Assembly (NCBI RefSeq): GCF_963921235.1
Contig: NC_086097.1
Location: 94,366,001 to 94,430,000 of the forward strand
Direction: 5' to 3'
Source of the DNA: Mobula hypostoma
Lineage: Eukaryota
DNA: 64,000 bases
The position numbers were made by a program, and so were the translations under genes. Position 1 is the stretch's first letter. Each line of letters begins with the position of its first letter. Below the pieces are notes generated by a model, which did no database searches, was not told the DNA's origin, and saw nothing but the letters and a program-made list of their open reading frames with translations. Below, one piece after another: positions 26,332 through 40,574 of the stretch.

Positions 26332-27896
26332 TCACTTTTACTGGTAAAGTGAACCAAATCTGAGGACCCACAGACACCTGAGCCTGGAACTACAATCGCA
26401 TAAATATTCTAACCACGTACCATGTTTCCATCCATCAGCCCTAGAGGAAGTAAAATGCTGAAACTGGCTTCTCCTCTAGTTGTGATACTAAAAAAAAAAC
26501 TTTCGAACAGTTTCCATCATTTAAAATTGTGGATATTCAGATTGGGAGCAGTTTCTCTCTAAAATGGGAGAACTTTTAAAGGCTATGGCCCAGGATTAGA
26601 GGCACATTCTTCCAGGACTGAGCCAAAAGTTTTCAGTTAAACTCTTTTGGGAAGGAGGAAAACGCATACTGAGAATTTTTGAAATGTCTGTGGAAGCTCC
26701 ACTGCTGAAACAGGAGCTTAATAGCATCTTCCTCTCAGCAGGGCAGTCTGCTCATCCTGCTCGCAAGCAATGAGATAGGTGGCTCTAAAGGCCACCTCAT
26801 CACAATCATACACACAAGACGAGGCTAAGGCAAGTTGCTCTCTGACATATGCAACTTTCAGCCTTGGGGCCGCTCACGTTCAACAGAGCTCAAACAAAAG
26901 CACAGGGCCTTCATCTGAGAGGATTAACAGAAAGAATAGCAGCAGGTCTTGGGTTTATCCTGAGATAGTTGATCTCATTTGGTATGGCAGATACATCAAC
27001 AATCTATTTTATGTAGCACGTAATGGAGGAAATCGGCTAAAGAGAAACAAGGCAAGGGAGATCAGATTGGAGCAGGTGAACAAACACTCAGAGGCCCCGA
27101 TTTCAGGAACAGCTGAAAAGGGAAGGGGAGATTAAGGGAGAGGTGGACAAGTGAAGGTCTAGCTCCCATCGGCGAGAGAGATAGAAGGGGCCGGAGTTGG
27201 AGGTGAAGGCATGGAGTTTAGAGTCTACACCTGAGATTCCATTGAGGATGGATCCCTGCAGAGGAATCGTGTGGATGTGTTCCTCAGTTGAGGCTTGTCA
27301 CCTCCTCTTGCTAATCGATAGTGCACACCCAAGGAACAGCTGACTGACTGGGGAACTGAGGAGGACATGCATGGGTGGGGAGAGATTTAGTTTCAAGATC
27401 CAAAGTACTGCACCTTCAATTGCAGTTTGCATTGCCAAGAAAGCCTGTTCTTGAAATCCAGAGAAAATGAAGTTTCCTTGAGTTATAGGGGACTTGGTGA
27501 GATCAGATCCGGAGAGAATAAATAGGCTGGAGCTTTCCTCTGTGGAATGTCGGAAGGCTGACCTTGGAGGTTTACAACATTTGTGAGGGGAATAGATAAG
27601 TAAACAGTCTTTTCGGCAGGGTAGAGGAATCTAAGAGCAGATGGCATAAATTAAAGGGGGACTGAGGGACAACATTTCCATTAATGGTGGTGGGTACATG
27701 GAATGAGCTGCCAGAGGGAGTGGTAGAGGTGAGTGCAATTAACTTTAAGAGATGGTTAGACAGGAAAGGTTTTGATGGTTATGGGGCAAAAGTAAGACTA
27801 GCTCAGGTAGGCAACTTAGTCAGCAAGGACAAGGTGAGCTGAAGGCCTTTTTCCGTGCTTTTTAACTCTATGACTCTAAAACTGTCTTCCTCACTG

Positions 27897-28024
27897 AAGT
27901 TGCTGGTGAACGCAGCAGGCCAGGCAGCACCTCTTCCTAGAGATGCTGCCTGGCCTGCGGCGTTCACCAGCAACTTTGATGTGTGTTGCTTGAATTTCCA
28001 GCATCTGCAGAATTCCTGTCGTTT
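27897..28024. mobile_element. Miniature Penelope-like 3'-end insertion forming a 33-bp-arm hairpin, with 13-bp TSD
   Basis: Arms 27897-27929 and 27944-27976 (1 mismatch). Same sequence as the termini of the element at 52569-54055. TTCCTCACTGAAG at 27887-27899 and 28023-28035. Confidence 0.85.
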
Positions 28025-29629
28025 CCTCACTGAAGGCTGGATATGTCTTCTAAAGACGGAATGCAATGAAGACTGGATCCTGGGTTAGCAGGAACACTGA
28101 CAGATTACACAGGCCCATATTCAACCAAATTCAGAAGAATGCGAGGAGATTTAACAGAAAAACAAAATTCCTAGAGGGCTCAGCCAATCTGGTGAATGGA
28201 GGACGTTTCCCCTGGCTGACAGTGTTTACAACGAGGAGTCACAGTCTCAGAATATGGGCAAAAACTTTTAGGAGATGTTTCTTCATTTGGAAGACAGCAA
28301 CCTGTGGAATTCCCTATCACAAAGGATGTGGACAACATGACTGGCCAGGATTAAGGAGGAGGTGAAAAGATTTATTGGAAGGTCTTCGAAGAGAATGAGG
28401 AGAGAGAAGGATTGTGATTAAACTGAAAGGTGGAGAGTCCAGAAAGCCTGAGTGGCCTCTGCTGCTGTTTCCCATGTTCCTGAGTTGCTCACCAATGACA
28501 GCCTGAAGCCGCAACAAAGGTGCCCATTGGCAAGCTCTCAGCAGTCCCACCCAGGCAAAAAACAGTTCATTCTGCATCTGGGTGAGGGCTGGTGGGGGCG
28601 GGGTGCTAGCTGGTGCCAAGGTCGCAAGAAACCATGTGGGAGAGACGTGCATACTAATAGGAAACAAACTGTTAATATGAAACTCACCGCAGAACTAAAG
28701 GAGTGGTGGGGGGGCGGGGGGGGCGAGTGGAGAAGGGGGTGCACATTCTTCTGCCCTGGCATCAGGCCAAGTAGTTTAATTGGCTTTGCCTAAACACAGC
28801 TTTTGAGCCAGCACCAACTTCAAAGTGTCCTGTCTCAATTGTTGAGAACCCACAGAACCAGATCTCTACCCTCATCCGAATAAATGTGCTAAGCAGCCCT
28901 TTGATTGCAACATCTGGCAGACTACTGTAAATGCACGGGGCTTTGTAGTAAGACAATGCCTGCTTATCACAAGCTGGGATTTGAGCTGTTACCAAACCCC
29001 AAGGTGCAGGGGAATCTCTCATCTTCGATTTAGGAGTTAGTGTGGGGAGGGTGTCCAAGGGAATGAACTTGCATTAAGAGTGCATAACCCAATGCAGTCT
29101 GATTTATGCTCCGAATGACTATAATAATTTTTACCAGATGCTGGAAAGCTGAAATAATAATCAAAATTGCCAGCAACACTCAGCAGGTTTCATCAGTGTC
29201 TGTGGAGAGAGAAGTTGTTAAGCATTCAGGCTGGTAGCTTATTATCTAGCAGAAGTGTATCCTCCCTCCACGGATGCTGCCTGACCTCCTGAGCACCTTG
29301 AGCAATCTTGATTAATGGCGGAGGTTCCCCTGGCATCACACGGCTCCCTTTCCGTGTTGCTGTAGAAAATGCCCCTTTTCAGCAGGGAAGAACGTTGGCC
29401 AGAGGGTGAAGGCAGCAGCTGTGCGGCCATTGCAGAAATTCCTGTACCTTTCCTGTGCCTGCCCAGCCCCTGCACTCACTGAACTCTGCCGAGGGCTGGG
29501 CTCCTCCTGCCAATCAGTCATGGTGCTGCACATGTGTGTCTTACCTGAAGGCAGAAGCCATGAGCACCTGAGAGGCCTTATTCCCGATGCAGTGAGCTTC
29601 AATTCCATGAGACAAGGCTGACCCTCCCC

Positions 29630-30760
29630 CCCCCCCTCAGCCCCACTCCCTGGCCTTCTTCCCGTAACCTTTGGATGCTGTGTCCAATCAATGTCTGTCT
29701 TAAGTACACCCAACAACCTGGCCTCCACAGCTGCCTGTGGTAATAAATTCCACAAATTCACTAACCTCTGGCTATAGAAATGTCTCCGCATCTCTGTTTT
29801 AAATGGAGACCCCTCTATCCTGAGGCTGTGCCCTCTTGTCCTAGACTCCCCTACCATGGGAAGCATTCTTTCCATATCGACTCTGTCAGCATTCAAAAGG
29901 GTTCAATGAGATTCCCCCGGCCCGCCCCCATCCTTCTAAATTCCAGTCAGTGCAGACCCAGAGCTATCAAACGTTCCTCGTATGATAACCCTTTCATTCC
30001 TGGAATCCTTGCGAATCTCCTCTGAACCCTCTCCAATGTCATCACATCTTTTCTTAAATAAGGAGCCCAAAATTGCTCACATTACCCAAGGTGAGGCCTA
30101 ACCAGTGCTTTATAAAGCCTCAGCATCACATCCCTGCTCTTGCATTCTAGACCTCTCGAAATGAATGCTAACATTGCATTTGCTTTCTTCATCACCGACT
30201 CAACCTGCAAGTTAATCTTCAGGGTGTTCTACACAAGGACTCCCAAGTCCCTTTGCATCTCAGATTTTGGATTTTCTCCCCATTTAGAAAGTAACCTGCA
30301 CATTTATTTCTACTACCAAAGTGCATGACCATGCATTTTCCAACAGTGTATTTCATTTACCACTTTCTCCTAATCTGTCAAAGTCCTTTTGCAGCCTACT
30401 TGTTTCCTCAACACTACCTGTCCCTCCACCAATCTTCATATCATTCGCAAACCCATCTATTCCATTATCTAAATCACTGATATACAGCATAAAAAGAAGT
30501 GCTCCCGACTCTGACCCCTGCGGAACACCTCTAGTCACTGGCTGCCAATAGGAAAAGAATCCTTTTATTCCCAGTTGCTGTCTCCTACCAATCAGCCAAT
30601 GTTCTAACCATGCCAGTAACTTCCCAGTAATACCATGGGCTCTTAACTTGGTAAATAGCCTCACGTGTGGCACCTTATCATAGGACTTCTGAAAATCGAA
30701 ATATATAACATCCACTGCATCCCCTTTATCTATCCTACTGGTACTCTCCTCAAAGAGGAC
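29630..30760 (-). mobile_element. Degenerate CR1 LINE fragment
   Basis: ORF pieces DVIYFDFQKSYDKVPH, GVPQGS and RTRGHSLRIEG; clearly related to the copy at 20826-22305 but frameshifted. Confidence 0.88.
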
Positions 30761-30963
30761 TTGTAATTTCCCCAAGTCCCTGGAGGCACAATCATACCAT
30801 AGAATGGCAGAACTATCATTGAGCAAGTTGGATCCAGTCAGCCTACGCTAGTCAGACATGCTAATCTTACGCCAGTGCATTTCATTGCCCCAATTTTCCC
30901 ATCAATTACCCCATAGATTTGCCCCCATGCACACATTAGGAGCCACTTGCAGTGCCCAATTCA

Positions 30964-31200
<237 letters not shown>

Positions 31201-31399
31201 CTATAGGGGCTAGCGCTGTACTGTGAGGAAGCCAATGGGAGCATGTGCCCTGAGGAAAAGGGATCTTAACACACCTTGGTGCTGTGCTTAATTGGTGAGG
31301 GGCTACATGCTACTCCTGAATCCTACACTGAAGAGCTTATAAACTGTATCAGTGTCTGGATGAGGATGCACAAGGCAGGCTTAGTAAGCTTGCAGAACC

Positions 31400-32235
31400 A
31401 GCTGGTGTTAACACTGAAATGGTTATCAGGATTTACAGATGGATCTTGATTGGCTGGGTAAACTGATTCTGCATCTGGGCCAAGGAAAAGCAGATGAAGT
31501 TTAATCCAGATAAGTGCGAGGTGTTGCATTTTGGGAAGACAAGTCAGAGTAGGACTTTCACAGTGACCGGTCAGGCCCCGAGTGGTGTTATAGAACAGAT
31601 GTACCTGGGAACAAGTACATTGTTATCTGAGAGTGGTACCATAGGTAGCCAGGGTACTGAAGGAGGCTTTTGGTGCGCTGGCCTTCATCAGGCAGGGCAC
31701 TGGGTAGAGAAGTTGGGATGTTATGTTGCGGTTGCATAAGATGTTGGTGAAGCCAAATTTGGAAAATCCAGCTACATGAAAGATGCCATTAGGCATCTAA
31801 TGAGATTTATGAGTATGTTGCCAGGACTCATGGGACCGAGGGAGGGACTGTCTTCACTTGAGTTTGGGAGAATGAGGGGTGATCTTATTGAGGAGTGTGG
31901 AATCATGAGGGGGCTAGGCAGGGTCGGAGCGTGTGGTCTTTTACCTCGGGGGTCTGAATCAAGAACCAGGTTTGCGATGAGAGGGGAGGAATTTAATAGG
32001 AATCTGAATTTACCCTTTCACTCAGAGGGTAATTGGTGTATGGAATGAGCTGCCAAAGGAAGTGGTTGAGGCGGGTACGGGTACTTTAATGACACTTAAA
32101 GGGTACTTGGACAAGGTACGTGGATAAGAAAGGCTCAGAGGGATATAGGGCAAATTGGGCTAGCTTAGATAAGTCTCATGGTCAGCAGGGACCATTTGGG
32201 CTGGAGGGCGTGTTTCACTGCTGAGTGACTCTGAG
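31400..32235 (+). mobile_element. Degenerate CR1 LINE 3' portion
   Basis: MKFNPDKCEVLHFGK and RMRGDLIE motifs, followed by a CR1-like 3' UTR. Confidence 0.8.
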
Positions 32236-32533
32236 ATTGAATATTCACACGTTGACACGGTGTCTTTGCACACCCTTTGTACTCGATCGGCACGTCACAA
32301 CCATCACGTTAGATGCTCGGCTTCGAATGGCATCAGTGGGGTAGGAGGTAGATGGGGAAGTACACATGATCATTGATGCAGAGATCCAGCAGATCACCAG
32401 ATACCTGAAAGCTGGAAGGGCAAACTGATCGGTTCAGTGCGTTGGGTGGGATTACTAGCCTGGATATCCCCGTGGTCCACGTGGGAAGGGGTGGGGGCAC
32501 AGTATATTTCCAGAGGTGCACACTTGCACTTAC

Positions 32534-32951
<418 letters not shown>

Positions 32952-33894
32952 TTAGGCGACCGCTTCAGGTGGGCACAGAGTCTAACGTGGTGTGAAAGGA
33001 CAGCGAGGAAAACCTGGCACCCACTTCCCAAGGAAGGGTAGGTGGCTGAAAAAACAACAGCAGTATCTAGTAGCGATGCTCTGGATGGAGTTGGAAGATC
33101 CATCTATCCTCTTAGTTTTATCATGTGGAGAGGTGGAGGTGGGGCAGTATCATGTGACTACACTTCCCATCCAATCACATCACTCATCAAGAGGTGAAAA
33201 GTCACATGAAGACACTTTCTATCCAATCACCTTGGGCTTACAATCTCCTGACCCATAAGGCAATGAGGTATCAGCACTGCTGGGAAAGACACACCCAGGG
33301 CGACCTGCGAATGGTCCTAGAACTGTGAACTTGGGCCAGATTCTTAAACAGGTACACTGCTACTTACCAATCCCTTCCCACCCTCCCCCAGCCACCTACC
33401 CCCTTCACTAAAATAATCACTCTGCCACTTCTTGTACCCCCCCCCCCCGCTTCCTGTCATCCTGCCATTGGCAGCTGTGCCTTTGGCTGCCTGGGCCCCA
33501 AACTCTCAGGTTCCCTTCCCAAACCCCTCTGCCTCTCGTCCCATTACTAAGCCTTAAGAGCTTAGGGTAATACTGTGGAGCTCCTGGGAATTAGTGTGGG
33601 CAAGAGGTGTGGTGGAAATGCAAGGTGCTTTGGTCTTCAATGCCACCAACCACAATTGCATCTCCTTAACGTTACAGTCAAAATGCAAAATTGCTTTGAT
33701 TTGCATATCTAAGAATTTGATCAGATCTATAACAGCTGTGGAAAGGGACTGGTGATGTGAAGTTGGAGAGAGAGGACTGATACTGTTGGATTAACACCAT
33801 CATTAAGTGACTGCTTTCCCAATCCCTGATGAATATTTCAGCCGAGGACCATTCAGGACTCTAATGTACCAGGAGAGAAAGCGGTCTGCGGTCA

Positions 33895-34182
<288 letters not shown>

Positions 34183-36249
34183 TCAGTAAGACAACTCCAA
34201 CTACACTTTTCATAACATTTCTTTCTGACAATCATCCCTTTCTTTGCCTGTCGTTTCTTCCACAAGTGGAAACAGTTTCTGTTTATTCTACCTACATCCT
34301 TCTTGACTGCAACTACCTTGATCACTCGTGCTGTCCACCTCCTTTGCTTTAAGGAGGACCACTGCCTCTCCAGTTTACCCACTGAACTCAAGTCCACATC
34401 CGGGACATGCTTCCTTCTTTTGCAACTAACAGCCCAACTCCAACTTTAAGGCCACTTCCAGCTTGCTGGACTCCTGTTTAACCAGGTGAATTGGACCATC
34501 CTCTCCCCAAGAAGCTGCACAGTACAGGCAGCAACAGATCTGTGGAGACCACTGATCGTAGAAGTAAAAATGTGTAGATTGCATTGGGGTTGAGAGGACT
34601 CCTTCTCCCAGGTATCAGACAGTAGACAGTCAGTCTTTGACTGGTCAGGAAGGGTCAGGGAAGCCTAGCGGATGTGTGCACAGGTATTTAGTCTTGCATA
34701 ATTTGCAAGTTTGTTGTTAGTTGAACTAATAAAGCTCTCTGTCAGTTAATACAGATTCTGTGTGCCTAACTGATCATTGTTTTTAAGGGTGAATACTCAC
34801 AACAGTCAGCTTTGTAAAAGAATCTTTGTGGTTAGAGCCCAAGAGGAGTCTATTTGCCCCATTAGACATACTGTCTCTATGCCAAAGATATTGAGTCAGT
34901 GCCAATCTCATGCCCTCTCCAAGAGTGCTACTGGTTCTTTTCTATCAGATACTTCAGCGAATCTGCCTCCACTACCGTTCCTGCTGATACATTGCAGATA
35001 TTAACTACGTGCTTTAAGGAAAACTTCCCTACGTGTCACATTTGGTTCTTCCTGCCATCGCCTCAAGTCTTTCCCCTCTAACACTAACGAGGACAGTTTC
35101 TGTCTATTCTACCTATATTCTTGGTTGTAAGAAGCTCGATTATTCACCCCTTCACCTTCTCTGTCCAAGGAGAACTGTAGCTATGTAACTGAAGTCCCTC
35201 ATCCTGGATTGTTTTTTTAAGTAACATTTTTTCCTCAACACTCCCCAAAAGTCTTTTACATCTTCCCTAAAGTATGGCGCCAGAACTGGACACATTACAC
35301 CAGCTGTGTCCCAACCAAGTGTTTTATTAAGCTCCACCAACTTTTCCATGTTCTTTATGCCTCTACTCAAAGGCCAGGGTGCTGTTCGCCTTTTTAAACA
35401 CATTCTCAACTTGCCCTTACTTTGATGAAACACACAAAGCCCAGCGTATTGGTGTGTTCACACCTCCGTGAGAATGGTGCTCTCTTGTAGACAAAGCCTC
35501 TGGCCATCCAGATCTGCACTGGTTAGACCCTTTCTGCAGATCGGTTGCCATGTTTCCTTTACAGAGTCATACAGCAAGGAGACAGGCCCTTCAGCCCAGC
35601 TGGCTCATGCTGACCAAGATTCCCATCTAAGCTCGCCACATTTGCCTGTATATGGCCCATATCCATCTCACATTTCCTATCCATGGTCCTGTTCAGGTCT
35701 CTTTGAACTGTGGATCATGTACCTGCCTCAGCCACTTCCTCTGGCAGCTCATTCAATACATTGACCATCCTCTGGGTGAAAAGGCTGCTCTGAGGCTCCT
35801 GTTAAACCTTTTTGCCCTCATCTTAAACCTACGCCCTCTTGTTCTTAATTCCCCAAACCTGGGAGAAAAAGACTGCGCACATTGACCCTCTATACACCCG
35901 ACTCCATAAACTCAATAAGATCACCCCTCGTTCTCCTACCCTCCCGACCAACTCAACCTCGCGATGTAACTCAGTCCCTCAAGTCCCAGAGTCAGCAACA
36001 TCCTCATAAAGTCTCCACTGCACTCACTCAACAGCAGGCTGACCAAAACTGAACACGATATTCCAAACGCCGACACTTTGTGCGACTGGAACACGACCCT
36101 CAGTGCTTGGTGCCCTGACTGAAGGCCAGCTTGCCAAATGCCTTGTTCAGCTGGTGACTCCACCTTCCAGGAATCTGCTGCTTTGCTACCTCCTGCCCCG
36201 CCGCACCGCGAGGAGACGTCAGCTGTGATGTTGGAGACACGCTCACTCA

Positions 36250-36438
<189 letters not shown>

Positions 36439-36781
36439 TCAAATTCCAGCAAGACAAATGTGGCATTACCTTTAGCACACACTATCCTGCCTGCAACCCA
36501 GTTCCTTGCCTGGAGTCCACGGGAGGGGTGAGGGATGGAGCGGGTGTAGACACAACCAGCTCAGAGACACCAGGCAAGGTCATTTGATTCCAAACATTTG
36601 GAATATTGTTCATTACTGAAATCCCTCCCCTCTCCCTTCCCCTTTTCCCAACCATGATTCCCCTCTCTCTGACCCCTTCCCACTCTCAGTGCATCAGAAT
36701 CAGGTTTATCATCCCTCACAGATGTCATGAAATATGTTTTTTTATTGCGACAGCACTACAGTACCATACACAAAATTACTA

Positions 36782-36848
36782 CAGTACTGGGCAGAAGCCT
36801 CAGGCACCCTAGTGATGTACATGTGGCTCAGACTCTCGCACAGTACTG
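36782..36848. mobile_element. Tiny Tc1/mariner-type MITE
   Basis: Imperfect TIRs CAGTACTG...CAGTACTG flanked by TA on both sides. Confidence 0.6.
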
Positions 36849-37940
36849 TATATTAACCCCTTTTATTCCCGTCACCGACCCCAGCTCTCCACCGTCACAC
36901 CCCCAGGTTCTGCCTACAGAATTCACCTGCCAACCTGTACCAGCCCAGAGGGCAAGCCCATTCCAGCGCATCTGAAATTAACTTATTTCCTTTCCCGTAC
37001 ACATCTACGCTCCCTGATTCCCACACAGCTTGGAAAACAGGCCATTCTGCCCCTCTCTCCATGCCCACCAATGGGCAGCAACCTGTACTCATCCCACCAA
37101 TCTCTGCTTTTCCACACCAAAGCGATTCATGTGCTCGTTGAAACACTTCTCAAGTGTCAGGGAACACTCTTGCTGGTAGAGTGTTCCAGGTACTCATCAC
37201 TCTGTGGGTGAAGAAAAATGTCCCTCAGATTCCCTCATCCCTTTCCATCAATCCCTACCTTCTAATTTTATCCTCCTGCAACAGAAGCTGCCCAACTCTC
37301 CTGGTGTTTTCAGCAAACGCTGTTGTTACTTCTGTTGAAGACATGCTTTCTTTGGCCTTGTTCTTACTTTCTAAAGAGCCCTGCTGAACTATCTACTTCA
37401 GGAGTAAGCCTCCCATCATGATCCATGATTACTCAGACCTTACTATATGGACTCAGACCTCACCATATGGGAGCGGAAGAAGGCAACCACCAGCTCGTAG
37501 CCTCCAAAGGATGCCAGCCCTGCCAGGGATGCCTATGAGTTGATAAAGCCAAGCCACTCTGACCTGTCTTTGACCTCCAGCACACACGTCGATGAGAAAC
37601 AGCATGTCACCTTCTATTGGGCAAGTCGTAGCCTCCGTTCTTTAACTCAAATCCAACTATTTCAGGCAACCCGCTTTCTCGATCTGTATTAAAACTGAAC
37701 AGTAAGCCATCCAGCAGTAATATTAACTCAGACTTTCTCTCACCACGGACGCTGCCTGGCCTGCTGGGCATTCCCTACTGCTCTGAGCTGCACTGCACTT
37801 CTTCTGCAACTAAACTCTGCATTGTTTTGTTTTTGATACCTTGATACACTTGTATATATGGCTTAACTGTGGAACGTGTGGGTTTTCCCCGGGTCCTCTG
37901 GCTTCCTCCCACAGTCCAAAGACATCCCGTGATTAGGTCA

Positions 37941-38793
37941 GGGTTAAATCCGCATTGTGGGGTTGCTGAGATGGGGTGGTTCGAAGGGCCGGGAGGCCTG
38001 GGTTAAATCAGTGTTGTGGGTTGGCTCGAAGGGCCGAGAGGCCTGGGTTAAATCAGCGTTGTGGGGTGGCTCAAAGGGCCTGGGTTAAATCTGTGTTGTG
38101 GGGTGGTGTCAAGGGCCGGGAGGCCTGGGTTAAATCAGCATTGTGGGTTGGCTCGAAGGGCCGGGAGGCCTGGGTTAAATCAGCATTGTGGGTTGGCTCG
38201 AAGGGCCTGGGTTAAATCAGCGTTGTGGGTTGGCTCAAAGGGCCGGGAGGCCTGGGTTAAATCAGCACTGTGGGTTGGCTCGAAGGGCCTGGGTTAAATC
38301 TGCATTGTGGGGTGGTGTGAAGGGCCGGGAGGCCTGGGTTAAATCAGTGTTGTGGGTTGGCTCGAAGGGCCTGGGTTAAATCAGCGTTGTGGGTTGGCTC
38401 GAAGGGCCGGGAGGCCTGGGTTAAATCAGCATTGTGGGTTGGCTCGAAGGGCCTGGGTTAAATCTGCATTGTGGGGTGGTGTGAAGGGCCGGGAGGCCTG
38501 GGTTAAATCAGTGTTGTGGGTTGGCTCGAAGGGCCGGGTTGGCTCGAAGGGCCGGGAGGCCTGGGTTAAATCAGCATTGTGGGTTGGCTCGAAGGGCCTG
38601 GGTTAAATCTGTGTTGTGGGTTGGCTCGAAGGGCCGGGAGGCCTGGGTTAAATCAGCGTTGTGAGGTGGCTCGAAGGGCCTGGGTTAAATCAGCGTTGTG
38701 GGTTGGCTCGAAGGGCCTGGGTTAAATCAGCGTTGTGGGGTGGCTCGAACGGCCGGGAGGCCTGGGTTAAATCAGCATTGTGGGGTGGCTTGA
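37941..38793 (+). repeat. Minisatellite (37- and 45-bp units, about 20 copies) expanded inside the 3' part of a V-SINE-type element starting near 37870
   Basis: Unit GGGTTAAATCAGCRTTGTGGGTTGGCTCGAAGGGCC(GGGAGGCC)T. Preceded by the SINE core GTGGGTTTTCCCCGGGTCCTCTGGCTTCCTCCCACA and followed by a SINE-like tail. Confidence 0.9.
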
Positions 38794-39592
38794 ACTACTC
38801 TGCGCTCTATCTTTGTAACACACAAGCCGTTTTCTCACTGCATTGGAGTACTCTTGAAAATAAAATAACCAGCTTTCATATACCTGTTCGGTCGCATTTT
38901 CTCTCTTTCCCAACATCCAAATTAACCTACCCATCAAACAGCATCATCAACGTTGTGATCCCACTACCTTCCTGTAAGGAATTTGTATATTCACTCTGTG
39001 ACTGCGTGGGTTTCCTCCGGGTGCTCCGATTTCCACCCACAGCCCAAAGACGTACCGGTTAGTAGGTTAAGTGGTCATTGTAAATTGTCCCGTGATTAGG
39101 TGAGGGTTAAATCGGGGGTTGCTGGGTGGTGTGCCGGATAGGCCTATTCTGTGCTGTATCTCAATAAATAAACCCAAGCCTCACTAAGGAATATTTTATT
39201 TCTCCTATTCATCTCTCCCTAAACCAGGGGTTTCCGACCTTTTTTATGCCACAGATCCTACCAATAACTGAGGAGTTTGTGCAACCCAGCTTGGGAATCC
39301 TTGCAAATTAGCCTGCGTTTGCTCTTTCCCACTTCTTCAAACTGAAACATTAACCCTGGCTGTCTCTCTGCAGATGCTGCTCAGCCTGCTGAGTATTCCC
39401 AGTGTTTTCTGGTTAACTAAGGACGCGCTCTTGGCATCTCAAAGCTGCCCCTCTGTGCTGCTTGGATAAGCAGGCCAGTCTCCCTGCAGTGTGGTTCCGC
39501 TGGGTAACAAAGGGACTGATGCGAGGATCAGGGGTTCCAGGCTCACACCTGGCCTTCAGCCTACTGTACGTAAAACTGCTCATCCTACCTAC

Positions 39593-39684
39593 CCCTTTCA
39601 AGGTGGTGTAGACAGGAACCGTCACATTCTTGTAGATGAGCTGAGTGAATGAGCCAGATGTGATACCTGCAGGAAGGTTCGACA
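39593..39684 (-). CDS. PLEKHH1: PLEKHH1 coding exon ((L)SNLPAGITSGSFTQLIYKNVTVPVYTTLKG)
   Basis: ttccccag| acceptor (a second in-frame acceptor would start the exon at 39666), GGG|gtaggt donor, 92 nt, phase 1 to 0. Conserved YKNVTVPVYTxLKG. Confidence 0.92.
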
Positions 39685-40574
39685 CTGGGGAACGGACAGA
39701 GAAATGGAGGAGGTTAACACAAGAACCAAGAGCCTGATGCTTGCTTTGCAAGACCCAGCCTAGATTGTCTTATTTCCAGAATTGCTGACCACCTTGGCTT
39801 GGTGTGTCACAACACCACGTTCCCCACGCCCCCCCCCACCCCCAACATTGTCCCTTGTGTTTACAAAGACTTGTCCAACCACTCTACCAAGTTGCCCCAT
39901 TGGGGAGCCAGGGCCAATGAGAACGGCCTCAAAGTTGGCCTGGGCAGGCCCCAGCCATAGCAGTGATGACAGCGAGTGGGGAGACAAGAGACTGTAGATG
40001 CACGAATCCAGAGCAATAGACAATCTGCAGGAGGAGCTCAGTACATCAAGCAGCACCTGCGGGGCAAAGAAACTGCCGACTCTTTGGGTTGACACCCTGC
40101 GTCTGGACCGAGAATCGAGAGGTGAGATGGCCAGTATAGAGAAGAAGGTGGTCAGAGGCAAGAAGGAATTCTGAGGTGGTTGGCAGACCTGGAAAGAGGT
40201 ACGTGAGCAGGCAGGTGGTGCCAGGTAGGGATCGTGAGCAGCGGTAGAACTGAGAGACTGCCAGGTGAATGATAGATGGACGCAGACAAATGCAGGGCCA
40301 TGGTTAGTGCGATGCCATTACAGCTCGGGGCATCAGAGTTCAATCCCAGCAATCCTCTGTAAGGAGTTTGTATCTCCTCCCTGTGGAATGTATGGGTTTT
40401 CTCCGGTTTCCTCCCACAGTCCCGAGGGACTGGTCATTGGTCATTGAAAGTTGCTCCCCAGTTAGGCTACGGTAAAACCGAGGAGGTGTCGGGGATATTA
40501 GTTCAAAGGGCCAGAAAGAGCTACTTTGTGCTGCATCTCCAAATAAAAATAAATATGATTAAAAAAACAGAGGA

